This document shows, one piece after another, positions 1 to 19,459 of a stretch of 64,000 nt of DNA (its first letter is position 1; every line of letters begins with the position of its first letter). The notes under the pieces were generated by a model. The model made no database searches, was not told the DNA's origin, and saw nothing but the letters and a program-made list of their open reading frames with translations. The position numbers and the translations under genes were made by a program. This stretch comes from the human T2T-CHM13v2.0 reference genome, Homo sapiens, in assembly GCF_009914755.1 (NCBI RefSeq), contig NC_060931.1, one strand, 5' to 3'.

Positions 1-845
1 TCTTCAACTTTCACAATGGCATAAGAATTCCCTGAAAAGGCCAGAAGTAAAGAATCTTGTTCAAATGTAACTAAGCTTTTCTTTAAGATATTTAAATATG
101 AGACACTTTTATTATTATTATTAACTCTAAAAAAGTATTGAGGTAAATGATCATCAAACTATTCTCTGAAACTCATGGTAAATAATATAATGTAGTCATC
201 AACTTGGAATTCAGGCAGACATCCTTAAAATTATTGTGATAGGCATAATAATTTATATCAGTTCTACCTTGAGATTGTCTTCTTATTTCCATTTTAGAAT
301 TGTAAAAACTGAAACACAGGTAGGTTACATACCTCTTCATGATTATCTTATATTTGAATGGTGAAGATGGAATCAATGGGAATAAAACCAGTCTATGCCC
401 TTGTGTGCTCTGATACCTTGTTTTTTTGTCATTTCTAAGTCTCTACTGTCTGTCATCCAATTTTTTTTTTACTTACATGAATGAAAGGCTTTAATTTTAT
501 TTTAAAGCAAACAAAATTCCAGGGAAAAGTGAAAAGAAGCGTATTGTGTTTCAAGTGGTTTATGTGTCCCCTGCAATTGTCGAAATTCGTCCTTTTCATA
601 CCATAAATTAGGGAATGTGATTAATCTGTGGTGGTTTTGCATAGAAAATTTACATAAAAGCAGGCGTTATAATTCATACACTCTAACATAATCGACAATC
701 TGATGGTAAAATTTTCTCTATGTGTATTGCAGAGCTGAATTTTCAGTCATACAATTTCAGTGATTTCTAATTCAGCTTTTTGGAATCCTAATCAGTTATT
801 TAGTTAGCATTTTTGACTTCATTCAATTTAATACTTAATTGGTCG

Positions 846-864
846 ATATATATATATATATATA
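846..864. repeat. (AT)n microsatellite
   Basis: atatatatatatatatata read directly. Confidence 0.9.
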
Positions 865-1856
865 ACTTAATAGCTAGTTAGACTCCAAACACTATATGTT
901 CCTGATGTAAAAACCAGCAACTTTTTATATAATTACTTTGCAGATTTTCTGTGGTTCAAGGCAGTGACAGCCATATCCTGCTTGCATGAGGCAAGTATAG
1001 ACTGCAGCCTTGAATCCGTTTTCATTCAGGTCCATCATCTTGAAGTACCAAAGTATAGTAATGGTTATGACAGTTAAGATTGTTTGGCACCAGGTGACCT
1101 TATTATTCTTGCAAATATGAAGCTTAAAATTGTACCATATATAGAAAGTTCAGGTAAATTTGCAATGGTATGATGTAGTACTTGTTAGTCTTAAATTACC
1201 ATTGGTGTAAGATAATATTATGGTAATGGTTATAACTAAATAATAAAGATACTTTTCATATGAGTTTTTATAAGACTTGTGCTGCCACAAGAATTGCTGA
1301 AAGTGACCTCACATGCTCACCTTGTGTTGCCTGTATATTAGCAAATTGAAGGTAGGGATTCCCTTACCAAATCATCTTCCCATAGGCCTGAGGCTTCCTC
1401 CCCCAACAGAAGGATTTCTTGAGATCCAAGATCTCTAGGTTTTGAAATGCTAGTATTTCCAGAACACCTTTGGAAATAGATGGACCCTAAATCCATCCAT
1501 TCGTTTATTCCTTCAGTGATGATACTGTTTCCCTATACTTGTTATATGAAAAAGGAAACTCATATTAGAGGGGACTCAATGATTTAACAGGCTCAGAGAT
1601 TGAGCACATTTCTCTGTGGAATGAATGATAAGAGGATAAGGGGTTCCTAAAACTTTGCTTGCTGACCTTGGGCATACACAGATTTTCTCAATAAAGTGTA
1701 TTCCTTAACTCATGTTATACATTCTGAAATTTATCCAGACTTCTGCTGCACTACAGGTAAAGACGAAGAAACGATATAATTTGTATGGCAATACTCTTTG
1801 TGATTGTTCAAACTTAAATTATAGTTTCTGTGTTGAAAAATGGCTATACATTGACT

Positions 1857-4127
<2,271 letters not shown>

Positions 4128-4785
4128 TATAAAAATAAATCAATAAAAAAGATAGTTCCTCATTTTTTAGCAGTGGGGAAAATGAAGCAGTTGGCCTTAA
4201 GTGAAGACCAACATTTAACAATAGCACTTTGTCATATTATTCATGAAAAAAAATAAAATGTCATGACAACCGTAGATTCAAACAATTTTATAACATGCTT
4301 CCTTTTATTGAATAAAAGCATTCAATATTTTTAAGTAAGTTTTTAAGCCTTGTAAAATCCTCTTCAATGCCTTATATACATTACTCTAAACCTTATAGAT
4401 TAAGTCCATAATGCTGGCTATACAAAATTGAAGTCAGATTTTTAAAGCACATTATCCAAAATGCCACTATACTATATGTAAATGACCAAGTGTAATGTGC
4501 TGTTTGTTACGGGCAACTGCACATTTTGGTTTGCTTGGGACAGGTCTGGTTTCTGTCTATTGTCCTGGCATCCATCTAGTTTAGCATTTGTCCCAGATTT
4601 TCATTTATTAATCAAGATTTTTTTAAAGTAAATAGTTGCTTTAGAATAAATCAGGATAGGTGTGGGAAAACTCAAAGCATCTTATTTCTAGCTTTTGTCA
4701 TGGTCTCATTGTCTACTTCTAAATTTTGGTTATTTAAGAAGATTGGACACAAAGCTGCAAGGGCTCCATTTATGCATTTATGTAT

Positions 4786-6787
4786 TGTATTATTCCATTT
4801 TCACATGCTATAAAGATACTACCTGAGACTGGGTAATTTATAAACAAAACAGGTTTAATTGACTCATAGTTCAGCATAGCTGGAAAGACCTTAGGAAACT
4901 TACAATTATGGCAGAATGCGAAAGGGAAGCAAGCACCTTCTTCACAAGGTGGTAGGAAAGAGAGAGAGCACAGGGGAAACTTTCACTTTTAAACCATCGG
5001 ATCGCATGAGAACTCCCCACTGTCATGAGAACAGCATGGGGAAAACCACCCCCATGATCCAATCACCTCTCACCTGGTCCCTCCCACATCACATGGGGAT
5101 TACAATTTGAAGTGAGATTTGGGTGGGGGCACAGAGCCAAATCATATCATTCCACCCCTGGCACATCCCAAATCTCATGTCTTGACATTTCAAAACCAGT
5201 CATTGCCTTCCCAAAAGCCCCCAAAGTTTTATCTCATCCAGCATTAACTCAAAAGTCCAAGTCCAAAGTTTCACCTGAGAAAAGACAAGTCCCTTCCACC
5301 TATGAGCCTGTAAAATCAATAAGCAGGTGTTAGTTACTTCCAAGACACAGTGAGGGTAGAATCATTGGGTAAATGTTCCGATTCAAAATGGAAGAAACTG
5401 ACCAAAACAAAGGGGCCACAGGCCCCATGCAAGTCTGAAACCCTGCTGGGCAGTCATTAAATTTTAAAGGTCCAAAATCTCCTTTGACTCCATGTCTCAC
5501 ATCCAGGGCATGCCGATGCAAGGAGTGGGCTCCCACAGTTGTGGAAAGCTCCATCCTGTGGCTCTGCCGCGTACAGTCCCCCTCCTGGCTGCTTTTATGG
5601 GCTGGTGTTGAGTGTCTGTGGCTTTTCCAGGTGCATGGGGCAAGCTGTAGGTGGATCTACCATTCTGGGGTCTGGAGGATATCGGATCTCTTCTCACAGC
5701 TCCATTAGGCAGTGCCCCAGTGGGGACTCTCTGTGGGGTATCCAACCCACACATTTCCCTTCCACACTGCCTTAGCAAAGGTTCTCCATGAGGGCTCTGC
5801 CCCTGCAGCACACTTCTGCCTAGACATCCAGGTATTTCCATATATCCTCTGAAATCTAGGTGGAGGTACTCAAACCTCAACTCTTGTCTTCTGTGCATTC
5901 GCAGGCTCAACACCACATGGAAGCTGTCAACGTTTAGGGCTTCCACCCTTTGAAGCAATGGGCTGAGCTGTACCTTGGCCCTTGTATCCGTGGCTGGAGC
6001 TGGAGTGACTGGGATGCAGGATGCCACATCCCAAGGTTAACCCAAGAAACCACTTTTTCCCTCTTAGGCCTCCAGGCCTGTGATGGGAAAAGCTGCCTCT
6101 AGGATCTCTGAAATGCCCTGGAGACATTTTCCCCATTGTCTTGGTGATTAACATTTGGTTCCCCATTACTTATGCAAATTTCTTCAGCTAGCTTGAATTT
6201 CTCCCCAGGATTTTTTTTCCCTATTAAATATAATGGCAAAAACCACAATTACTTTTGCATCAACCTAAACCAAATGGTCAGACTGCAAAGTTTCCAAACT
6301 TTTATGCTCTGCTTTACTTTAAAACATAATTTCTAATTCCAAACCATCTCCTTGTGAACACATATGACTATGCTTTCAGGAAAAGCCAGATCACCTCTTG
6401 AATGCTTTGCTCCTTGGATATTTCTTCTTCCACATACCCTAAATCATCTCTCTCAAGTTGAAAGTTCCACAGATCTCTAGGGCAGGGGCAAAATACCTCC
6501 AGCTAAAGCATAGCAAGAGTGACCTTTGCTTTAGTTCTCAATAAGTTTCTCATCTCCATCTGAGACCACCTCAGCCTTGTCTATATCATCATCAGCATTT
6601 TGGTCAAAACCACTCAACAAGCCTCCAGGAAGTTCCAAACTTTCCCACATATTGCTGTCTTCTGAGCCTTCCAAACTGTTCCAACCTCTGCCTGTTACCC
6701 ATTTCCAAAGTTGCTTATACATTTTCAGGCTATCTTTATAGCAGTGCCCCTCTCCTTGTACCAATTTCTTATATTAGTCCATTTTCA
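4786..6787 (-). mobile_element. THE1C/D-like (MaLR) element: complete 3' LTR (4786-5149), internal region (5150-6769), 18-bp remnant of the 5' LTR (6770-6787)
   Basis: LTR ends in reverse complement of TGATATG..TTGGCTCTGTG.CCCCACCCAAATCTCA; internal region ends gtaccaattt; ORF 5497-6027 is a MaLR-int frame. Confidence 0.88.
6224..6268. mobile_element. Half Made1 (Hsmar1 MITE): one TIR arm nested in THE1-int
   Basis: taatggcaaaaaccacaattacttttgcatcaacctaa matches the Made1 arm TAATGGCAAAAACCGCAATTACTTTTGCACCAACCTAA; inserted after a TA. Confidence 0.85.
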
Positions 6788-8129
6788 TGAAGAATGATGT
6801 GATAGATGTGAAATGTCTTGGCTCCATTGGTGCAAGAGAAACTTCAAAAATAAATTATTCTAGTTTTTTTTTAATAGTGTTTTCAAATGCTTCTTTTTCC
6901 TATATATTCATTGACTGAAAATATGGATGTAGAAGTTCAATTTGTTAAAAGTGAAACAGTTACCATGCTATTGGAATATCAGTAAAAACTGACTGGGAAT
7001 GATACAAATATTTTAGCCAATTGGCAAGGCAAAGCTTTGTAGTAAAAGGAATATTTTAAATTCCTTTGTAGTAAAAGGAATAAATAAATTAAACCTATGG
7101 AGCAGAAGTGTAGCTGGAATTGGTTTTTGGACACACATAAGTTATAATTATACTCAAATAAGATGAATGTTCTACTAATGGACATAGAAGCATGAAGTTG
7201 TAAACATTTACAATTTTTCTAGTGGTATATAGATACCACTAGAGTAAATAAACTAAAAAACTTATAGCAAAACTGATGTTGAATGAACCCATATACGAAA
7301 GCTCAGTATGGTGATACGTGCAGCCTTTCTTTTTACTTTCTATAATACTTCACGTTTCAGAAGTAGTTACAACTTGTTTTATGAGTTTTATTTTGTGAAA
7401 ATATTTATTGAAGGAATATACTCTGATTGGAGATGAAAAGACAATAACTGAAATGTCTTATGCTTAGTAGAAATTTTTTTTTTCTCAGCTCCCAGGGACT
7501 TCAGCATGTAGAGAGATTTTCATAATTTAAAAATATGTGAAGACTCTTCAATATAATTTGTTAGCATTTTCCTATTTGTTAACTATAAAATACTATTTTC
7601 AGAACAAATATAGGCAGTTTTATAAAAAATATTAAAAATATTAAGAACATATTTAAAATGTATTTATATTAGCATCATTGGCATTGTACTAGAAACAGAT
7701 ACGACTAAGAAACTGAATAAAGTATGTAAATTTATGCCCAGGTGAATTTGTAGTATTTTTAAAGGCTTAGAAAATTAAACACTTTCAAAAATTTTCTTTA
7801 ATGTAAATAAATATGTGGATATATTTAAACATTTTTAAGAAATATATTAATTTCAAAAATATTTTAAAACATAATTCTGTTAAGGTCTACCAATATAATG
7901 AAACCAATGGCTAGTCAATAAAATTTTTTATAAAATTATATTTTATAATTATTTTAGTAACCCCATTCACTGCAAAACTTTCCCAATTTGGATCAGTAAG
8001 CTATCTGGTCAACTAATATTGAATTGAATATTCTTTCTTTTCTTTGCAATTGTTCTCAACCAGGATCTGGTAACTTGGTTACAGATTATATTACTGCTTC
8101 TTGCATTTTACTTCTCTCCTCTAATTCAA

Positions 8130-8870
8130 TTTCTTTCTTATCCAGGTATGTTATTTGTAATTCTTTTAGCAAGTATGTGTTAGGGCTAAACTGTTCCAGT
8201 ATTTGAAAGAAAATGTGTTTATATCATCTATGCTCCTGAATGATAATTGAACTGAGTATAGAATTCTTAGGTGATATTCATTTTCTCTTAGCACTTTTAA
8301 GATACCGTTCTGCTGTCTTTGAGCCTCTTGTTGCTGTCAACAACTGTCAGTCTAATTGTTATTCTTTATAAGTAATTCATCTTTATGGTTATTTTCAACA
8401 TCTTTTCTTTCTTTCCTTTTTTTTTTTTTTTTTGAGACAGGTCTTACTTTGTCACCCACCATGGAGTGTGGTGGTGCAAATGCGGCTCACTGCAGCCTCA
8501 CCCTCCCAGGCTCAAGCAGCCTCAACCCTTCAAGTAGCTGGGACTACAGGCACATATCATCACGCCTGGCTCATTTTTGTATCATCATGTTGCCCAGGCT
8601 GGTCTTGAACTTCTGGACTAAAGTGACCTGCTTGCCTCAGCCTCCAAAAGTGTTGGGATTACAGGTGTGAGCCACTGTGACCGGCTTCAATACTTTTTAT
8701 TTGCTTTTGTGAGGGTTATTTTAACTATTAATTATATATGGACTCTTTTTATTCGTTTTGCTTGGGAATAAATGGCATATTTTAATGTGATAATTCATAT
8801 CTTTACTAAGTGCTGAATGATTTCAGTCATTATTTTTACAAGAATCGGTTCTGTGACATTCCTTCTATAC
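8130..8870 (-). mobile_element. Old L1M fragment, split by an AluJ
   Basis: tgataattgaactgagtatagaattcttaggtg...ttttctcttagcactttt resembles antisense old L1 ORF1 region; boundaries approximate. Confidence 0.55.
8403..8685 (-). mobile_element. AluJ
   Basis: gagacaggtcttact, cactgcagcctc, ggctcaagc are J-type diagnostics; T-rich tail. Confidence 0.88.
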
Positions 8871-10184
8871 TATGCTGTTGGAGCTCCTACTAATGAATGT
8901 GGTGGATTCTACCACTGGCCAGTATACTCCCAGACCTCTTCTTCCTTACACCCTTTCATTAAAAAGACCAGCGCTGCTAAATATTTACTTTTCTAGCCTC
9001 TTTTAAAGGCAAGACTTGCCAAGTACAGTTTTAAAGATGAAATGTTAACTGGAATTGTGTTGTTGGAACTTGTGGGAAGTTCTTTCTTTCATGATGAAAA
9101 GAGAAACCCAATTGGTGGTGTTTCCATTCCTCTTCTTCCTGCTACAAACTTAAATACAATGAGAAGAGCTTTAGCCTTCATTTGGATTTTAGTAAAAGGT
9201 CAAGATAACATCAGGGATGCATCTGTGACATCTCCGAGACAGAGATCTGGTGATTGTTAGCTGCCTCCCTCCAAATTTTTAATTATGTGATAGTGTAACC
9301 TCGGTTTCTTTCAACTGAGTCCATGGAAACACCTAAGCGCTAATACTTTACTTAAGAGAAACACACATAGAGTATGTGGGTGATGAAAACACGGCAGCAA
9401 AGGAAAGGAAGATGCCAAGTAAAATAATGCAATGTATCTCTCTCTGCGTATCTGCTCACCAGGAGGCATAGTAACACAAGAGACAGTACAGTTTTTCACT
9501 TGCCACGTAACAATTTTTGAAAACATGGAATGGAGAAATTTTACATCAGAGTAGTTCACTAGAGAGGAAACGGAGGGAGGCTATTTGCCTAGTGCTTTCC
9601 TGCCTCCTGCTTCCCATGAGATCACATGATGCAGAACATTTGGAAATAATCACCTCTTTCACTTCTGTGTGATGATGTCCAGCCTCTGGGTGACTGGTCA
9701 GTAAGCCATATCCTATAACCTGTAGTATGATATTTCATCCATGTCTAAAAATGGGATTGAAATGAAGTTCTGAGAGGTGGGATATGGACCAGGAGAAAGA
9801 GGAAAGGAACTAGTTGGAAGAATATTCCTAACATAGAACCTTTTCATTTAAAATTCCAAACCCTTTTCTGAGACTTCTCATATTTCTTCCCATTTTTTTT
9901 ACTTTATATGATAGGACTTAATTCTAGATAATACCATGATACTATATTTATATGATTTATTTATTTGTAATCTTTTACTCTCTAATAGTTTGTAAGCTAA
10001 TTCATGAAGGCAGTGAATTTTTTCATAGGATATTAATGAATTGCAGCCTTAGTGCTTTGCCCTACCTTCTTGGATATTAATACGTATTTGAACCAGATTC
10101 ATCTTTCGGAGATTTGGTCAGCTTGGACTTATTTGTATTGGAGATAATTACAGGTGACAGGGGTGATTTTTATTTAGTATTCTG

Positions 10185-10400
10185 GTGGTCAGGAGCATTA
10201 AATTTAGAGTCTGTCTGAATTCACATTCTCACTCTGACACTTATAGTTGTGTGACATGGTGAAAATTATTGAATAACTTTAAAGTTTTCTCATCTACCAA
10301 ATGATTCTACTAATATTATCTATATTTATGGTTGTTGTAAGCAATATATGCAGCATCATATATAAATCATTTTTATGGTGCCTAGCACCCAGTAAAACTT
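10185..10400 (+). mobile_element. MIR
   Basis: Core resembles ...acttatagttgtgtgac...agttttctcatct...; 3' ggtgcctagcacccagtaa. Confidence 0.65.
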
Positions 10401-10409
10401 GCTAGTCAT

Positions 10410-10597
10410 TTTAATCAGTTCAAGGTGCTATAAGAAACTACCATAGATGAGGTGGCTTAAACAACATAAATTTATTTCTTATGGTTTTGGAGACTGAGAA
10501 GTCCGAGAGAAGATGCCAACAGACATGGTGTCTGATTAGGAAGTATTTCTGATATGTATAACACCTTCTTCTCTTTGTGTCCTCATATGGTGGAGAG

Positions 10598-10649
<52 letters not shown>

Positions 10650-10792
10650 TCTTGTCTGTTCTTATAAGGGCGCTAATCCCATTCATAAGGGCTCCACCCT
10701 CATGAACTCATTAACTCCCACATACCATCACATTGGGGATTAAGATTTCAACATGTGAATTTTAGGGGAACACAAATATTTGGTTCATAACT
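10410..10792 (-). mobile_element. MLT1A-type MaLR LTR
   Basis: ggtggcttaaacaac...aatttatttc; taagggcgctaatcccattcataagggctccaccctcatga; atttcaacatgtgaatttt. Confidence 0.8.
10605..10646. repeat. (AG)21 microsatellite inside MLT1A
   Basis: Pure AG run read directly. Confidence 0.95.
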
Positions 10793-12551
10793 ATGGTGTT
10801 TATATCCTCAGTGTCTAATGAGAAAGACAGTAAACCCTCTGTTTTGATGTATACAGCTTTTTACACAAGTGGTGGAAAAGCTGAAAAAAACTGTGGTGAG
10901 GCAATCCATAAATGAGCAACAGCAGGATGCCGCTACCACCTCTAGGCATTCTGGACAAAGAGATCAGGCAACATGAGAGCTCAGGGGCAAAGTCACATGA
11001 TTGGAAGCTGCTGCCTTGAAGGAGATGGAGGCACTGCCTGATGTTGATGACAAGATGGACCACAAATACCCTGCTTTCTCTCATCTTTTCACCTTCTATC
11101 CTCCCCTTCAAGGAACCTAACTAGAAGTCAAGTGATAAGAGAACCTTAAAAATCCAGCTCATGAAATCAGCTTGCCAGTTGTACAGAGTGTTCAGAGAGA
11201 AGGGCAAAGAATGGATCTGAAGGCAAATAGGTCCAAACTCTGGTCCATATTCATTATTATTGTTAGAATTATTATTGCCAAGATTTCAGCCTTTCTCCAT
11301 TCTATTACTCAATGTAATGCAAAGGCTTTTTCTTATTTCCTTGGGATCACCTACAAATTACTTTTTATACTATTTCATATTAAAGCAGAAACCATACTTA
11401 CTAGTTTTAGTATAACCCATGTTGCAAAGTGCCTCTCTCATGGAAAATACTTCTGTTACAGGAATAAATTAGATTGAATCTATAAATCCATATTAGTACT
11501 TTATAATTAAACCTTGATCAGTTCAGCCACTTAGCAGTTCACCTACATACCTCTAATTTCATTTTATACTTCCCTGTTTTAGAATAAATTACTATTTTTA
11601 TGCAAAGCAAATGAGTGTTTCATTTCCATTACTGACTCTTCATATCAGAGAAATTGTATGATGAAGGGTTATTGTCATGATAAAAAGTTTCTAACATTTT
11701 TTCCCTTTATGCTCTTTAGCAGTTATTATAAATAAATGATTCCTTATATCTAGATACTATTTGTGTGTTTTTTAAAAGCTAATTAATTTTAGCATTAGTG
11801 AGTAATATTTTCTGTGAAACATTATCTGATTCTGTTCATCGAACAAACAGGAAGATTTAAGAGTACTTCCCCCTCGAACATTTTCTAATTCATGAAATTT
11901 TATGTTGCTTTCAAAAAACAAATCTTATTTTTTAATTTTAAAATGTTTTTGGAGAATTTCCTCAAAAATAATGTATTTTCAAATGCAGTACTATTTATAC
12001 ATAGGACATTCCACTATAAACCCTCTACCTCTCCAGGTTTTAAATAAAAGCCTGACCTAAAAAAGACACATCTGAATATAATATATTTCTAAAATCCCTC
12101 TGTTTTTCATAATGAATAGCATTTGTGTGCTTAAAACTTTTACAGATTTAAAACCTAATTCATAATGTTATGATCAACATAGTACACAATCCCTCTGGCA
12201 TTTAGACCCCCTTTATTTTACTCATTGCACAAATACATTGGTTGTAATTGTGAAGCTCTTCTGTTATATACCAGATACAGAATTTCAAGGATAAAGAGGT
12301 AAAAATAAATAGCAGTCCCAATTTCTTCTATTAAATTGAAATTTATAGGACTGATATTTTTTAGAACAACTACAACCCATATTTATGCATTTTTTATAAG
12401 TGAATCACCCTCAAAAGGACTTTTTAAATCCCCTCTTTCTTTCTACTGGGATACTTATAATATGAGGTATGTTTTGAATATTTCCAGAAAATTGCTCAGT
12501 GTTTCAAACATTACTGGTAATTAGTGATAGACAGTGCAACGTCTTTCATCA

Positions 12552-13001
<450 letters not shown>

Positions 13002-13149
13002 TTAAACATAAAAATATAAGGTCAAGTCAAGGTCATGGATAGAAAACAGATTTTGGATCGTTTTCTTAAAGTGAAAATGAACTAAGATGGAAAATAATTA
13101 TATAGAACAGACGTTAAGTCAAGAACTATAACATCTATAGGATGTCCTG

Positions 13150-14430
13150 GGATATTTCTTTTTTCTGTCCTCAAATTGATTATTATTGTTCTCTCACTGT
13201 TTGTTGATCATTTCATGTTGCCAGCTTTTGGCTTTGACTTTCTCTATTTTTTTTTTTCCTGTTCTGATGTTTATTGATTTCTGCTGTTATTTCCATGTTT
13301 CTTTTTTCTATTTTTTTTTCTCTAGTATGGTGTGGTAGAATCTTAGTTATTTGTTGTTAACTTTTATAAAAGTTATATTCTAGTATTAGCATTTAATAAT
13401 GTAAGTTGTCTGATAAGTATTGCTTTAACTATATCCCACACTTCTATTTGGTTTTCATTAAGTTTAAAGTGCTTTCTAATTTTCATAGTAACATGTTACT
13501 CTGACACATGAATTATTTAGAAATGTTTGTTTAATTTTTTAATATTTAGGGGTTTGACAGATAACCTATTGTGGTTAATTTCTATTTTAAATATTTTATG
13601 GCCCTAAAATATATTCTGCATAATCACAACCTTTCCAATCTTAATTTTGTTTATGTCTAACATATATATTTTGGTGCATCTGCCATGTGCAGAAGAAAAT
13701 AATATTTATTCTGCAAATTTAGGGTACAGTGTTATATAAATATTAATTAGATCGTGGTGGGTAGTACTATTCAGATTACTTATTTCTGTATTAATTTTTT
13801 GTTTCCTTATTCTACTGTATTTCAGAGAAGGGTATTAAAATCTTTCTTAATGGTAGAATTCTCTATGCCTTTAATTCAAATTATGCTACATGCACGTTGA
13901 GGCTCTGTTCTTAGATGTTTATACTTTCACAATTGTTATGTGTTCCTACTGAATTGAACATTTCATCATTAAAAATGTTTCTTATTATCTTTGCCAATAC
14001 ACTTTTTCTTGAAGTCAATTTTATCTCCAGCTTTGTATTTTATTCTTTGCATGTTTTATCTTTATCCATCTCCTCCTCTACAATGTATCAGTATATTTAG
14101 TTACATTTCCCATAAATAGAATGTTATTTACCTTTATTTCCTTTTTGTTTACCTAATTTATTTCATTTACATTTATGATATAATCATAAGGATGGCTGGA
14201 TTTGTATCTATTATTTTATTTTGATCTTCAGTGTGTTCTCTTTTTTTCTCTCTTCTGTTCCCATCTTCCTTTTTTATTCTGATTTTGAATTTTTAGCAGT
14301 TACATTTCAATTAATGTATTGACTTTTTAATTATGTATCTTTCCTTCAATTTATAGTAGATATTCTTTAGAATATCCAACTTCCTTTAGGGATTACAAAA
14401 TGTATCCTTAAATTTTAATCATCTACTGAA
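13150..14430 (-). mobile_element. Old L1M ORF2 fragment (may continue at about 16520-16710, beyond Tigger1)
   Basis: T-rich antisense L1 text (tattgctttaactatatcccaca, ttatttagaaatgtttgtttaattt, gagaagggtattaaaatct); boundaries approximate. Confidence 0.6.
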
Positions 14431-14439
14431 ATTTCACTT

Positions 14440-16517
<2,078 letters not shown>

Positions 16518-18133
16518 TAATAATTACATGTATTAGAAACCCAGAGTCAAAGTTATAATTTTTAAGCCATTATATGTATTTTGCATAAAGAAAAATGCTG
16601 TTTCATACTCTCTCACATATTTATGATTTCTGAAATTAATTATTCCTGACCATATGATTTTTCTTTCTAGTAGTCATTTTCTTTTAGTCTGAAGAAATTC
16701 ATTTAGCCCTGGGGTATTTCACCACATGCTGGTATAGTCTAGTTAATGAGCTTTGAGCCCCCATGGATAATTATTTCAGAATTGTAGGTGCATCATGGAG
16801 ATGCCAGATTATTTAAGCTGTAAAGCACCCTTAGAATTGGGATAGTTGTCCCACTTTCATGTCATTTAAGGAAAAATTCTCATTTTCCTTATTCATCCAA
16901 TGCCATCCAAGGGTGTTGGATAAATATATACTTATTTGCTGGACTCTCTTTATTTTTCTATATTATTTTTTGATTGTCAGAGGCTCTCTTTAAAATGATC
17001 TCATGGCAGATAAATCCCAACTGAACATCAGATTACACTTTATGTTAGTAATCTTTCAGAATGTTTGTTGAGGATTTTCAGTGTTTGTGTGTGTAGTTTC
17101 AATATTAATGTCAATCAATTTTCATTTGTTTCACTTTCAGTTCTCAAAGTAGGATTTTCTGAGTTTCTAAAAGTATGTGTTCTTTCAGGTTACTATACTG
17201 TTCTATATGTTACACAGATGATTTGCAATTCCATAGGACAGAAAATCCACTACATGTTTATGTCCATGATTGGGAGTCATCCCTTTTGCTCACAAGATCT
17301 ACTGTACTGTGCTGTGTATTTTACTTTCTGAGTTTCTAGAGATGACCCCGGGGAAAAGTCAAATAAGTGAAGTCTGTCTTCATTTTATACTTATTTCTTG
17401 ATTTATATTTTCTCTTTTTCCCTTATGAAAACCATCACTGTGGAAACACTTTGAGGAGCTTATTAACATTAATCACTTTAATTATTATTCTATCAAAGGG
17501 AATTTGCTTTAACAGAGGTTAAAGGAGTAAAGCAATAATAATAGTGAAATTTTTGCACTTTTAAATCAGTTGGAGGAGGGCTCTTTAAGAAAAAGTAGTG
17601 TATAAAAGAGAAAGAGGATGATGCTTTTAGAAATATGACATTTGGGAAATTTCCTCATTCTGACTAATCCAATTTAAAAGGACTCCTACACTAAACCACT
17701 TACCTTGAATCTGTTTTTGCCTTAAAAACAAAAACAATAAGCTGAATATATGCAAAATCAAATGAAATGCACAGTCATCAGCTATTTTTATTTATCAGTG
17801 AAGAGTCTTAAATCATCACTGAATTTTAATACCTAGGATAGTATATTTGTCTGATACAAGACGGTTATTTGCTGTCTCTGGATTTAAGGCAACAGAAGGC
17901 TGACTATACATCAGATACAGTAGAATTACAAATATCAGAATATAAAAAAGAGTTCAAATAATAATGTACTTCTTCAATCAAATTCAGTCATACATTTTAT
18001 TTACCCAAGAAGACTTTGATAAATATTAACTGATTATTCCCATATTATTTAAAAAAACTCATTTGGATATATCAATATGGATAACTCTAACGTTGAAAGG
18101 CAGGGTGGAAAACTTTATACTAGAAACCAATTC

Positions 18134-18439
<306 letters not shown>

Positions 18440-19080
18440 TAACATACTAATATTTTATTGTTATTTCCTCTTTAAAAGATAATAATGTCAATCTGGGACT
18501 CATGCTATTTATTTCAAAATATATGTTGTTGGATCATCAGTAGAATCCAGTGAACCAGTTATAGAGTATCCAGAATTCAAACTCTTTCAACAAAAGTGGC
18601 ATATAATATAGATATAAAATATAAATAACATACATATAAACAATATACATAGTGTTATATATAAAGGGTAGCTCAATGAATAAATGAGTTACTAAAAAAC
18701 ATTTTTTCTATGTCAGTGTAAAAGATCGTATAGTATTTCGCTGATGGCAGAGAAAGTATCATCGCAGGATTTCAAGAGTAAACTAATCTGTGTTAGAAAT
18801 GCATCACTTTTTACTTTCCTGACTAGTTATTCCTGTGAAAATGTGTTGACCCCTTCAAATCCAGTAGAGAAATGCACACAAGGAGAGTCATTATTTACAT
18901 GTGGTGAAGGCTTAAAGGCTAGATGATATCAGACTCAGTCCCTTGTGATGAACCTTAAAAAGTCAGTGGTCTTCACTGATGTCCAGTTAAAATGTTAGTG
19001 TCCAAGGGATCAAAAGTACTCAGACGTGAGTTTTAGCAGTTTTTGGCAATTGTTTCAATACTGACTAAAAGTCTTTGTGA

Positions 19081-19459
<379 letters not shown>

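Noticed and set aside
5497-6027. 176-aa ORF
   Set aside because: Lies wholly within THE1-int; decayed MaLR frame without promoter LTR or gene structure
7540-7960. AT-rich quasi-palindromes
   Set aside because: Low-complexity composition explains them
8930-11200. Possible very old LTR fragments near 8930-9340 and 10820-11200
   Set aside because: Too degenerate to name without a profile search
16891-16925. Short imperfect hairpin attcatccaatgcc...ggtgttggataaat
   Set aside because: Too short for a miRNA precursor and relies on wobble pairs; plausible by chance
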